Below are positions 12,951 to 24,360 of a stretch of 64,000 nucleotides of DNA, one piece after another. The stretch lies in assembly GCA_043228905.1 (NCBI GenBank), contig JBHGNT010000014.1:1054001-1118000 (forward strand), read 5' to 3'. This DNA is from Azolla caroliniana. Its lineage: Eukaryota; Plantae; Polypodiophyta. The notes below the pieces were generated by a model that worked only from the letters and a program-made list of their open reading frames with translations, was not told the DNA's origin and did no database searches. The position numbers and the translations under genes were made by a program. How positions within the stretch are numbered: the first letter of the stretch is position 1; each line of letters begins with the position of its first letter.

Positions 12951-14231
12951 ACGTTGTCGGGGCTTGGTGGAACTCATCGGCGAGTTCGTGGTGTCGGGTT
13001 TGTTCAGCAATCAGTTCTTTCTTGAGGAGGTTGTAGGCGGCGGCTTGGCACTCGTTGGTATGGTGGGCGTTCCTCACTTCGGCGGCCAAGACCTCGTTCC
13101 TTGTAGAGGCCTCTCGTTGTTCAGTGGTGGTTTGTTGGGCCTGTGCGTGGACTTGGTGTAGGCGTCAATTCACAACTAAAGTCATCTTGAGGATGTCTGT
13201 CACCATGTCGGCTAAGGGCTTGGTGGTGGTGGAGGGGGTTGGGTTAGGGCAGGCAGTTGTGGTAGTGGATGGGTTAGTGCGGGGAACAGGGGCTAGTAGG
13301 AGTGCTAGTGGGGTGGTCGTCCGGGTGGTATCAGGGGTGGGTTGGGAGGTGACAACCCGGCTTGGAGACATTGGTGGGTTGGGATTCTCAAGAGGAGGAA
13401 GGGGGGTTTCGACCCCTGGGGCGTTGTGGCGGGCTAGCTTATGGGGTCGAGGTTGCAGGGTGTCGTCAGTAGGCATGGGGGGTGGTGGCTGGGTGGTCGT
13501 GCAAGGGGAGGCAAGCGGGGATGCACCGAGGAGAGAGGTTGGCGAGGTGGGGAGGGTAGGGCCACCGGGTTCTGTAGGTCGTGAAGGATTGATTCGGTGG
13601 TGCCGCTGCGAGTACAAGGGGTCGTGGCCATGGTTTGATGGGACACGTAGTGGAATGTGGTAGACAATGCCTGGATTTCTGCAGGGTGAATTCGTGTGTC
13701 TGGAATTCTTTGACGCGATGGGTGATATCCTTAGGTGTATCGAGGGTATCTTTGGCCGTCACATGGGTGATTTGGGGTTGTTTGTGCGCCGGTGGGCATT
13801 CACATTCACCTTGGTGGACTTTCCTTAAGATGTCACGTTCTGGAATGCGGAGACGCTCGGGTTGACCTAATATAGTTATCTTGAGATGTCATTCCTGGCA
13901 GCGTATGAAGGGAGGGGTTGGAGGGCTGATGTTGAATTTTGCGCATAGGTAACGAGTGAGGAACCAAGCAAAATTGGCTACCGATTTGGGTCATGTTTGC
14001 CATCCCCTAACCCGTCGAACGAGTTGGTGGGCCCACTGGACTGGTTGAGGATCGTGTGCCCACTTGAGGAAGTTGTCGGTGATGCGTGTTAGGAAACAAG
14101 TCTCTCCGGATGGGAAGTGAGAAGTACCCGGCAAGAGCCGGATGGTGAAGACCCGGTGAGAACCGGATCAAGAGTACCCGGCAACGGAAAACCCGGTGAG
14201 AACTGGATGAGAAGTACCCGGCAAGAGCCGG

Positions 14232-15515
14232 ATGGTGCTGAGTATAGCGGCAAGCATGAACCTCAAGGTAGAGCAACTGGACGTGAAGACGGCATTCCTT
14301 CACGATGACCTCAAAGAGGAGATCTACATGCAGCAACCGAAAGGATTCGTCGAGAAAGGGAAGCAACACATGGTATGCCGGTTGAAGAAGAGCCTGTATG
14401 GACTGAAGCAGGCTCCCCGACAATGGTACCGGAAGTTCGACTCCTTCATGACCGATCAAGGGTACCACAAGACACAGGCTGACCACTGTGTGTTTGTGAA
14501 GAAGTTCGAAGGAGGTGACTTCCTGATACTCCTTCTATACATGGACGACATGTTGATCGTCGGACGGGACCAAGCCAAAATACGGATGCTGAAGAAGGCT
14601 CTCAACTGGACCTTCTCAATGAAAGACTTGGGTCCGGCAAGACAGATGTTGGGGATGCATATCATCCGGAACCGGCCAACGAAGCAATTGTGGCTGTCAC
14701 AAGAGAAGTACGTGACAAAGGTGCTTCAGCGGTTCAACATGTTAGAAGCGAAACCGATCGGATCGACACTCCCGGCAAACTGCAGATTATCCGGTAAGCA
14801 AAGCCCGAAGACGAAAGCAGAGAAGGCTGATATGATGAAGGTTCCATATGCCTCTACCGTCGGAAGCTTAATGTACGCAATGGTGTGTACCCGACCGAAT
14901 ATAGGATACGCAGTCGGAGTGGTGAGCCGGTTTATGAGCAATCCTGGCAAGGAGCACTGGAACGCGGTCAAATGGATACTCCGGTACTTGAAGGGAACTT
15001 CAAGTATGTGTCTCCGATTCGGCTCCGGAAAACCTCAACTTGACGGTTTTACCGATTCGGACATGTCGGTTGATGTGGATACCAGCCGGTCTACATCCGG
15101 GTATGTAATGACATATGTAGGGGGAGCTGTTTCGTGGCAGTCGAGGCTGCAGAAGACGGTTGCGTTGTCAACCACGGAGGCGGAGTACATGGCGGCTGTG
15201 GAAGCCGACAAGGAAATATTATGGATGAAGGACTTCATCGGAGAGCTCGGTATCCGGCAAGATGAACACCGGCTCTATTGCGACAGTCAAAGTGCCATCC
15301 ACCTTGCTAAGAATGCGGCCTACCATTCCCGGACGAAGCATATCCAACGAAGGTATCACTGGATCTGGGAAAGAGTAGATGACCAGGAGTTCGCGCTGAC
15401 GAAGATCCACACGGCCGAGAATGGGTCAGATATGCTGACCAAAGTACTGATACCCGACAAGCTGGATGCATGGCGGAAGCGGATCGGACTAGTAAGACAT
15501 CCAATGCCGGAGTGA
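14232..15515 (+). CDS. Copia RT-RNase H fragment (open, N-terminally truncated)
   Basis: QLDVKTAFLH, SLYGLKQAPRQW, LYMDDM, STTEAEY, RTKHI. Confidence 0.9.
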   Translation: MVLSIAASMNLKVEQLDVKTAFLHDDLKEEIYMQQPKGFVEKGKQHMVCRLKKSLYGLKQAPRQWYRKFDSFMTDQGYHKTQADHCVFVKKFEGGDFLILLLYMDDMLIVGRDQAKIRMLKKALNWTFSMKDLGPARQMLGMHIIRNRPTKQLWLSQEKYVTKVLQRFNMLEAKPIGSTLPANCRLSGKQSPKTKAEKADMMKVPYASTVGSLMYAMVCTRPNIGYAVGVVSRFMSNPGKEHWNAVKWILRYLKGTSSMCLRFGSGKPQLDGFTDSDMSVDVDTSRSTSGYVMTYVGGAVSWQSRLQKTVALSTTEAEYMAAVEADKEILWMKDFIGELGIRQDEHRLYCDSQSAIHLAKNAAYHSRTKHIQRRYHWIWERVDDQEFALTKIHTAENGSDMLTKVLIPDKLDAWRKRIGLVRHPMPE

Positions 15516-15554
15516 AGGGGGAGTTTGTTAGGAAACAGGTCTCTCCGGATGGGA

Positions 15555-15845
15555 AGTGAGAAGTACCCGGCAAGAGCCGGATGGTGAAGACCCGGTGAGA
15601 ACCGGATGAGAAGTACCCGGCAAGAGCTGGATGGTGAAGACCTGGTGAGAACCGGATCAGGAGTACCCGACAACGGAAGACCCGGTGAGAACCGGATGAG
15701 AAGTACCCGGCAAGAGCCGGATGGTGAAGACCTGATGAGAACCGGATGAAGAGTACCCGATAACGGAAGACCCGGTGAGAATCGGATGACAAGTGCCCGG
15801 CAAGCACCGGATGATGGAGGCCCGGTGAGGAGTGTTCACCGGATG
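15555..15845 (+). repeat. CCGG-rich tandem repeats of about 51 bp in the Copia H U3
   Basis: GAGAAGTACCCGGCAAGAGCCGGATGGTGAAGACCCGGTGAGAACCGGAT, about 5 copies. Confidence 0.88.
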
Positions 15846-16001
15846 AAGGGACATATTCGTAAATATGTTTTTGAGAGCCCATCGGGGCTATATTTGTAAA
15901 TAGCCGAAAAGTCATATTAGTATAAATATGACTTAGGGCAAACAGAGAAAGCGTGTTGTTGTCATTCTTGTTGGCGCAAGACTAGAGAGCGCGTAACAGT
16001 G

Positions 16002-16047
<46 letters not shown>

Positions 16048-18098
16048 GAGGTTGTTGCCTTTGTTGTAACCGCCGCCTGTGGCGAAGATCGTGAGCACGA
16101 GGTCGTTGCCTTCGTGAGCTCACTGTTGTAATCATTGTGATATAGTGATAGTTTGGAGTCTGTGGACTCCCGTGGTTTTTCCCTCTCAGGGTTTTCCACG
16201 TTAAACATCCTGTGTACTCTTCTCTCCTTTGTGTCGTGTTTTTTTTTATTCCCCGTTTTCTGTGTTTGATTCTAAGCTCGGTTGTGGCCGAGCGGTGTTC
16301 ATCGGAGCGTGTAGTTCCTGACAATGCGGGCGATGGCGTCAATGGAGGCGGTGTCACCGATTTGGGCGATGGCACCACAACGAGTGTGGAGGGGATGGGG
16401 GATTTCGGTGAAACGCCAACCTTCGCGTCCGGAATACTCGGTGTAGGTGACGGGGATGATCTGGAGGATGACGCTAGGGGCCTTCTAGTGCGGAAGGGGA
16501 TGCCATCCACTAGCAAATGTAGCGTAGCATAGACGTTGGCAACATTGAATTGGAATTCCACATAGGTGGTATCCGCGAAGGCGTTCTTCCGAACGTGGCC
16601 GGTGTCGAGGTTGTATCCTGTGAGGAATCGGTTGACCAGCTCGGAAAGTACACCCCATGGGCCAATCCCAAGGAAGAACTTGAGGTTGAGTCGGGAAAGG
16701 GTGTCGAAGACGTCAGGCTCGAGGTACTTGAGTTGTCTGGCGGCAGTGGGTACCCAATAGGTACAACGGGTATTGTTGAACTTGACTTGAATTACCAAGG
16801 AGCCACAACCAGCGTCAGGGTAGTATGTGTCGAGGAGTTTGGTGAATGGGGCGAACGCCATCGGGGATAACCTGCTAGGAAAAAGATTAGTATGGCCGTA
16901 AGGGGGTGTACCAATTCTTATACTGCCCTGCCTGTGTCTTCGCGGTAATACTACTAACGGTATTGAATTTACGGGTTGGTGGCTAGGTTGTGTCGGAACC
17001 CTCTCCTCGAACCAGGGGGTTCGAAGGGTACCTCTCTTCGAATTGGGACGGAGTTCAAAGAGGACCTCTCTCTAGAGGGTTTGAAGAGGACCTCTCTCTG
17101 GGTTGAAAGAGAATCGCTCGTCGAACCGGAACGGTGTCGTGAAGATTTTCGGCAACGGGGAGAAAATTGCATGGAATGTACAAAATCGAGTGTGGTTCTT
17201 CACACACAATATGAAACAATAATAGTGAAGATATTGTTTTATATTAGTTTAATATCTTGGTATGAAAAGATGGATGTCTTCAAGAGCTTTCGAATGCATT
17301 TACTTACATGTGAAACAGACAACTTAGTGTCAAGTTATGTGGGTATTAAGTTTGCGAAGAAGAAGAGAAAAAACAAAACTACGAGATATCCCACATAGAC
17401 AAGACAAATAAGGATCCCAGAGTATATAAGTAGGGCCAAAATCTATTGCTTTGTGTTTATGAGTGGATTATATAATGTTCAAGGTGACTTGAGCTAAACT
17501 AATTGGATGAATGGGTGTGGCCTAGCTAATTGTAAAGGTTTTGGCTGGACGGAGCCGACGAGACGACGAGTATTTTGTGTTTTAAAAAGGATGTGAGCAA
17601 GGCTTGAACCTTGCACCTTCAAGATAAGAAACAATATACTTACCACTAAGCCAAGTCATTTCCTTAAAAGCTATATTTTTATCATTATACTTTTACATGG
17701 AAATTCTCATACATGAGAGCTTAGATGATGACATGGAAGGCATGCATTACGTGCATGTCTTGCACCCTCACATGCACCAAATGCATGGGAGCATATATAA
17801 AAGAGTGGAGTAATCAAGCAAATGAAACTATGAAAAATTTGGGAAAAATAAAAAACTTGTAATCCTATTGTTGATGTATCTTCTCTCTTAAATCTAAAAG
17901 TTAAAAGTTCAATCTTTATCTCAATATCTCTCTTTCTTCATATCAATCTCTCTCAATCTCTCTCAATCTATCTTAAATACTTTCTCTCTAAAATTAGTGC
18001 AAACTTTGAATCCTTCTGATCCAGAACCCCAGTGGTTTCGCCTCACGATCCGCACGTAGTGACGGATTTTCGCAACATAATTATGTGGTGAACCCGAC

Positions 18099-19351
18099 GT
18101 GAAAGAGGCGGTAGGAAGGATCAAGTCGAGGATCGACCGATACTTGGAGATGGCGTCCTCAAGCAATCAAGTGGGAGAATTCAAAAGGATGATGCTAATC
18201 GTCGAACAAATGATGAGATCTCGAGACAACGATGCGAGCGTGGAAAAGGCCATAGATCGTGTCGTGGAGCTCGAGGGACAATTTGATGGAAGGAACATTA
18301 CGAAGTTCCTTGATGCATACAAAAGGGAGATGAATCAAAGGGACATGTCCGAAGCACGTCAAATCAAAAGCTTCAAGAGAGTTGTTGCCAACAACATCCA
18401 AAGACGCGTCATCGAGCTTCAAGAAGGCAAGACAACGTGGTCAGAGTTTGAGAGATCAATATTAGCGGAATTCCGGAGTTCTACAACTGCACAAGTCTCC
18501 GGAACTCTGACTCGATCAATTGCACAAGTCTCCAGAATCCTCTGCCATTAATTCTTCCATAGCCACCTTCCATCGAGTCAGAGTTCCGGAGACTTGTGCA
18601 GTTGTAGAAAGCCAACGTGAGACCCAAGAGATGGAAGGTGGTAGTAAGGGGAAGGACCAAGAAGGTGTGCACAACATCGAGGTGAAGATAGATGTGGACG
18701 AATCAATGGTGAATGATGGCAGTGACAAGACTTTTACCCACATTGGTTCTAGAGACTTGGGCAGTTGCGTCCGAGAATCAACAGAAGACCCAAGAGACGG
18801 AATGTGGCAACAAGGGGGAGTTCAAATCTAATGTGAAAGATGACATCAAGTCAAAGGTGTCGAAGGAAATTGACCAAAGACAAACGGATTCCTTCGAACA
18901 TGTTCTAGAGACTTGGGCAGTTGCATTTCAAAGCCAACGTGAGACCCAAGAGACAAAAGATGATGGCGGGGAAGCAAAGGTCCAAGCTGCTGCTAATAAC
19001 GATGTTGGGGAGTGGCTGACAAATACATATGGATCTCTCCACACTCATTCTGGAGACTTGGGCATTAACCGATGTAAGACCCAAGAGAAGGACAATGACG
19101 ACGAAAAAGCAAGGGTTGAAGATTATGTGTGGGAGGAAGAGGTCAAGCAAAGCATAGAGACAAAAGTTGATGCGTACAACAAAGAGTCCGAGCAAAGAAT
19201 GACAAGGGATGACGATGGCCAAGCAAGACATCAGGATCCGAAGGATGTGATCAAAACATCTAGCAAAGACGCTAGTGTGAAGATTTTCAACTCTAACATG
19301 AGATTGTATCATGAAACTCGACAAAGTGAGAAACATAGAGCATGGTCATGA
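18099..19351 (+). pseudogene. Gag N-terminal domain plus repeat tail of E, disrupted
   Basis: AIDRVVELEGQFDGRNITKFLDAYKREM aligns with Gag of A and F; repeated VLETWAVA..Q.ETQE modules. Confidence 0.75.
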
Positions 19352-19427
19352 AAGGATCTCAAATTGGGCATGAATTTGAAGGTACCACATGGGGTAGTCT
19401 ATGTCATTATTCAGATAAAGGCTTGGG

Positions 19428-21295
19428 TGTCACAGACATGACAACAAGTCATGTCAAGATTTGAACTCTTGACCTCTTATATATAGTCAAGTGTTTTCTC
19501 TCATCCTTTGTATCTGTGTATTTGTGTTTCTTCAGAACCTCAACATCTCAATCTCTATGTTTCTTATCAGCCATCTCTTTCTCTACTTCCATCATTGCCA
19601 TGGTCAAAGTCGTTGCTTCCAAAGTCACTTAGTCAAAATCATTGCCTTCTTTGCTTCGTCTTCGACATCATCATCTTCAACCCTCTTGTTGTCGTCATCA
19701 ACACTACTTTGTTTAGCCTTCATTGTTGTCAAGTGTTCCAGTTCCAGGTGAGGACTGTGCAAGGTCGCTCACACATCCGTTGGTGTTCGTGTCTCAGTTG
19801 AAGAAGACCACATATGATCACTCACGCCCATTGGTGTTCACATCTCTGGTGAGGACCGCACAAGGTCTCTCACACTCATTGGTGTTCCCGTTCCCGATGA
19901 GGACCACACATGGTTGCTCACGCCCGTTGGTGTTCCCATTCCTGGTGAGGACCGCACATGGTCGCTCATTTCCGTTGGAATTTGTGTCTCCGGTGAGGAC
20001 CACACATGGTCTCTCACGCCCTTGGTGTTCGTGTCTTTGGTGAGGATCACACATGGTCGCTCACGTCCGTTGGTGTTCCAATCCCCGGTGAGGACCGCAA
20101 ATGGTTGCTCACGTCCGTTGTTGTTCGTGTCTCCGGTGAGGACCGCACATGGTCGCTCACGTCCGTTGGTGTTCGTGTCTCCGGTGAGGACCGCACATGG
20201 TCGCTCACGTCCGTTGGTGTTCGTGTCTCCAGTGAGGACCACACATGGTCGCTCACGCCTGTTGGTGTTCATGTCTCCGGTGAGGACCGCACATGGTCGC
20301 TCACATCCGTTGATGTTCTTGTCTCAGGTGAGGACCGCACATGGTCACTCACGTTGGTGTTCAATCTCCGATGAGGACCGTACATGGTCGCTCATGCCTA
20401 TTGGTGTTCCAGTCTCCGATGAGGACCATACATGGTCACTCGCGTTCACCTGTGCTCCTATTTCTAGTGAGGACTGCTCATGGTCACGTTCTTTGATTTT
20501 CTCATTCAACTCACCCCTACACCATGCTTTCAAAAAGGCAGCCGTAAAGGGGAGGATAATGGCACAGACATGACTTGTTGCTCCTATTTCTAGTGAGGAC
20601 TGCTCATCGTCACGTTCTTTGATTTTCTCTTTCAACTCACCCCTACACCATGCTTTCGAAAAGACGGTCGTAAAGGGGAGGATAATGTCACAGACATGAC
20701 AACAAGTCATGTCAAGATTTGAACTCTTGCCCTCTTACACATAGTCAAGTGTTGTGTTCTAACCAACACGTCCAAATATATTATCATGTTATGTATATCT
20801 TAGTAGATTATCTATTTCAAGTTCTAGGAGTTTTTAGAAAGTTCTAGAACTAGAAGGTTCTAGAGGGTTCTAGAATATTCTCCTGAATATTCTAATGCAT
20901 GTACTTCGACTCATAATATAAATACTTGTAACTTCCTTGGTCCCTTTCAAGGGATTCAACACCAGTCATTGACACATCAATCTAGTATTCTTGTTTAGCC
21001 CCATCTTCTCTCCTTAATTTACATCTCTATCTTTATGCTCTTGTATTTGTTCCTAGTGTCTTAATTTCCTCATCTCATTGATCCCAACTTCCCGAGTTTC
21101 TAGCCTCATTACATCAAGTTCCACGTTCGTAACCTTATCTTTGTCTCCTTGATCTTTATTTTTGTCTTCAAGCCCTCATGTCGCTCACAACATCTAGAGT
21201 TCCTAGCCTCGTCACATCAAGATCCAAACTCATCCGTCGCTCGTAGCCTCATCATCTGTGCTCCGTCCTAGTCCGTGCTTAATGTGTCCGTGACA
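19428..21295 (+). mobile_element. Non-coding LTR element D (related to C) nested in E
   Basis: TSD TTGGG on both sides; 3' LTR 20686-21295; only about 66 bp of 5' LTR; PPT AAAGGGGAGGATAA; LTR end TGTCCGTGACA matches C. Confidence 0.88.
19740..20450. repeat. Tandem array of 48-bp units (about 14 copies), homologous to 9945-10543
   Basis: GGTGAGGACCGCACATGGTCGCTCACGTCCGTTGGTGTTCGTGTCTCC. Confidence 0.93.
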
Positions 21296-24004
21296 TTGGG
21301 GAGAAAAACATAAAACAAAAATGTGTGACAGGTCAAAGTGCCTTGAGAAAGGAGACGATCGGGAAAAAGGTGGAACATGCATAAAGCCTAAACAATTATG
21401 TTCAGAAGGAGAAAAAGGGGCCTTGACAACTGGTCATAGTAAATAAAAGAATGAGCGAATAATATGGTGGATTGGGTGGTGACAATGGTTCGAGTGAAGG
21501 GAATTGACATGCTCAAAAAATAAAAATAAAAATGACGTACTAATCACCGTAGCCAAAATCTCACACTCTCTCTTCTTGGCACCTACCGGAGGACGTATGG
21601 TTTGGTGGGGGTGGATGTCGTGAAGATTTTCGGCAACGGTGAGAAAATTGCATGGAATGTACAAAATCGAGTGTGGTTCTTCACACACAATATGAAACAA
21701 TAATAGTGAAGATATTGTTTTATATTAGTTTTATATCTTGGTATGAAAAGATAGATGTCTTCAAGAGCTTTCGAATGCATTTTACTACATGTGAAACAGA
21801 CAACTTAGTGTCAAGTTATGTGGGTATTAAGTTTGCGAAGAAAAAGAGAAAAAAAACTACGAGATATCCCACATAGACAGGACAAATAAGGATCCCAGAT
21901 TATATAAGCAAGGCCAAATTCTATTACTTTGTGTTTATGAGTGAATTATAGAATGTTTAAGGTGACTTGAGCTAAACTAACCGGATGAATGGGTGTGGCT
22001 TAACTACTTGTAATGGTTTTAGCCAATCGAGACCGGGACCGGATGGCGATGGGCAAGATCGGATTGAACCGGTTAGCACAAACGGATCGGTCGGTTAATC
22101 ACGGTGCATGGTGTTTTGAAGATTTTTGATATAACTACAAGATCAAAAGCCTAGTAGTATTTTGTGTTTTAAAAGGTATATGAGCAAGGCTTGAACCTTA
22201 CACCTCCAAGGTAAGAAGCCATATACTTACGACTAAGCCAAGTCATTTCCTTAGAAGTTAAAGTTTTATCATTATAGTTTTACATGTAAATTCTCATACA
22301 TGAGAGCTTAGATGATGACATGGCAAGCATGCATTTCATGCATTACGTGCATGTCTTGCACCCTCACATGCACCATATGCATGGGGGCATATATAAAAGA
22401 GTGGAGGAATCAAGCAAATGAAACTAATGAAAATTTTGGGAAAAATAAGAAACTTGTAATCCAATTGTTTATGTATCTTCTCTCTTAAATCTAAAAGTTA
22501 AAAGTTCAATCTTTATCTCAATATCTCTCTTTCGTCATATCAATCTCTCTCAATCTATCTTAAATACTTTCTCGCTAAAGTTAGTGCAAACTTTGAATCC
22601 TTCCAGTCCAGGACCCCGGTGGTTCCGCATCATGATCCGCACGTAGTGACAGATCTTCACGACAACGGGGTTTGAAGACGACTGCTCTTTGAACCGGGGG
22701 GTTCAAAGAGGACCTCTCTTCGAACAAGGGGGTTCAAAGAGAACTACACTTCGAACCAGAACGTGGTTCAACGAGTTGGGGTTCGAAGGGGAAAGGAGGC
22801 AAAAGGAAAGAGTTGTGAGGGAGAAAAAGGGGGGGTGGGGAAAGGAAAGCAAAAGAGAGAGAACCCGCCTACCATGCAAAATTATACGTAAAAGAAAGAG
22901 TTGAACCAAAATAGATTGACCACAAGCAAAAATAATCACCCGCGGTGCCCCTAAAATTAAAGGGTAACTCTGAGATTGTAAATACTAATACTTATACTGA
23001 AAAAATGTAAGATTGCGGGCGTGGATTATTGTCGACCGAGCACAATAACAGAGGTCGAGGGAGAAGACGGGTTGAGTAGTTGCTGAGCGAAGTGACATAA
23101 GATAGGGGGAGGGGTTAACAGGGTGTGGGGTGGGCCAAGATTTATATGCGGACGGTAGAGTGGGACAGGAGTCCACCGGGGGTTTCGTGAGGGTTTGGGA
23201 AATTTAGGGGTTTTTGGGAGGAATTGAGGGGGCGGGTGTGGGGGGTGTGTTGTTCGAGTGTTGCCCGAGGATCTTTGTATACCTTTAAGGACCTAGACCC
23301 GTGACATCCTTTCCAAAGGGAAAAGGGGGGCTTGTGAGGTGGTTTCATGGGGCATTTGACCTCCTAGTTGTTGAGTCCGGTCGGGGTCTATGGCCTTAAC
23401 CTGGGCGGGGTATTTAGCCGATGTGTGTAGTTGTCGGGTGTCTCGTACAGTCGTGGTATGGTCGTGGGTGGGAAGTCGGCTTCGTTTCGGGACCCAGAAG
23501 CTAGTGGCACCTTTGTGCCAACCTTGGGCGTTTGTGAGTGTTTTTCTGACTCGCCAAATAGCACGTTCTCCGCGGCGTGGTCCTTCAGCGAAAATCGCGT
23601 GGACGTTCACCCATTTGTGTGGCGGGGTTGTCCTTGTTCTGATGTTGGTGTTTCTCTTAAATTATCATCAAGAAATCTCCAAACTCCTTAAGTGAATTTG
23701 TTTTTACAAATATGCTAAAGTTGCCCATCCATGTTATTTGGAATCATCCAAAGCACATGATTTACAAATCTCTTGGAAATGAGCAAGTCATGAACTCTCA
23801 AAAATAAAAAATAACATTAAGTTCATGAAGAAATAAAATCAAGATCAAATTAGTTTTACAAAAATTAAACCTTTTTACATTAAGTGTGCGAGAGATTAAG
23901 ATGATAATAATAATAATAATACATTCATATCCTTGATTCAAGGTGGAGTGTCTACGATTAATGGCAGTGTTGCCTTGTTTGTTGTAGGTCTCCCATTATC
24001 GCCT

Positions 24005-24360
24005 TCATGATTCTCTACACCATGATATCCCATTTGTCAAGAAAGATTGAGCATTTGATTCCCAAATTCTGTAAACATGAGAATGAGCTCTCATCCTCAT
24101 TCCATAGTTTTGAGGAGTTCTTTTTCCTCGACAAAAATAGAGTTCCTCTTTTAGTATGCAACAATGCGTTTTCTTTTAGTATTTTCTTATCCTCACATGT
24201 GCATTTATCCCATACGTTAAGAAAGATTAGCAGTTGATTCTCAAATGTTGAGAGTTTCAAATGAGCTCTCATCCTCACTATATAACTTTGACGAGTTCTT
24301 TTGCTGGATAAAAACAATGTTCCATCTTTTAGTGTGCACCATTTTTTTTTCTTTTAGTAT
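24005..24360. repeat. Diverged tandem duplication, unit about 178 bp
   Basis: AATGAGCTCTCATCCTCA at 24082 and 24260; both copies end TTCTTTTAGTAT. Confidence 0.75.

Larger units (their letters stand above)
14087..16323 (+). mobile_element. Internally deleted Ty1/Copia element H
   Basis: TSD ATGCG on both sides; about 150 bp of 5' LTR fused directly to RT; PPT GAAGGGGGAG; 3' LTR 15526-16323. Confidence 0.93.
12951..16861 (-). pseudogene. Decayed accessory ORF of an older host element G (helical, possibly plant-mobile-domain-like N-terminus, Pro-rich linker, coiled coil), split by Copia H
   Basis: MAFAPFTKLL...LKFFLGIGPWGVLSELVNRFLTGY; reads DAIAR|ITDNFLKWAHDPQPVQWAHQLV across the H insertion site; Pro/Thr-rich 13165-13617; family assignment is inference. 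Confidence 0.5.
17135..22664 (+). mobile_element. Non-autonomous Gag-only LTR element E (Trp-primed lineage), decayed, contains D
   Basis: LTRs 17135-18077 and 21616-22664; PBS-Trp 18086-18103; PPT GGTGGGGGTGGA; 4-bp TSD ACGG; no pol motifs. Confidence 0.9.

Noticed and set aside
9945-20450. 48-bp arrays as CRISPR arrays or repeat-protein genes
   Set aside because: Units are contiguous with no unique spacers, there are no cas genes, and the context is eukaryotic TE. ORFs appear in many frames simply because the unit lacks stops.
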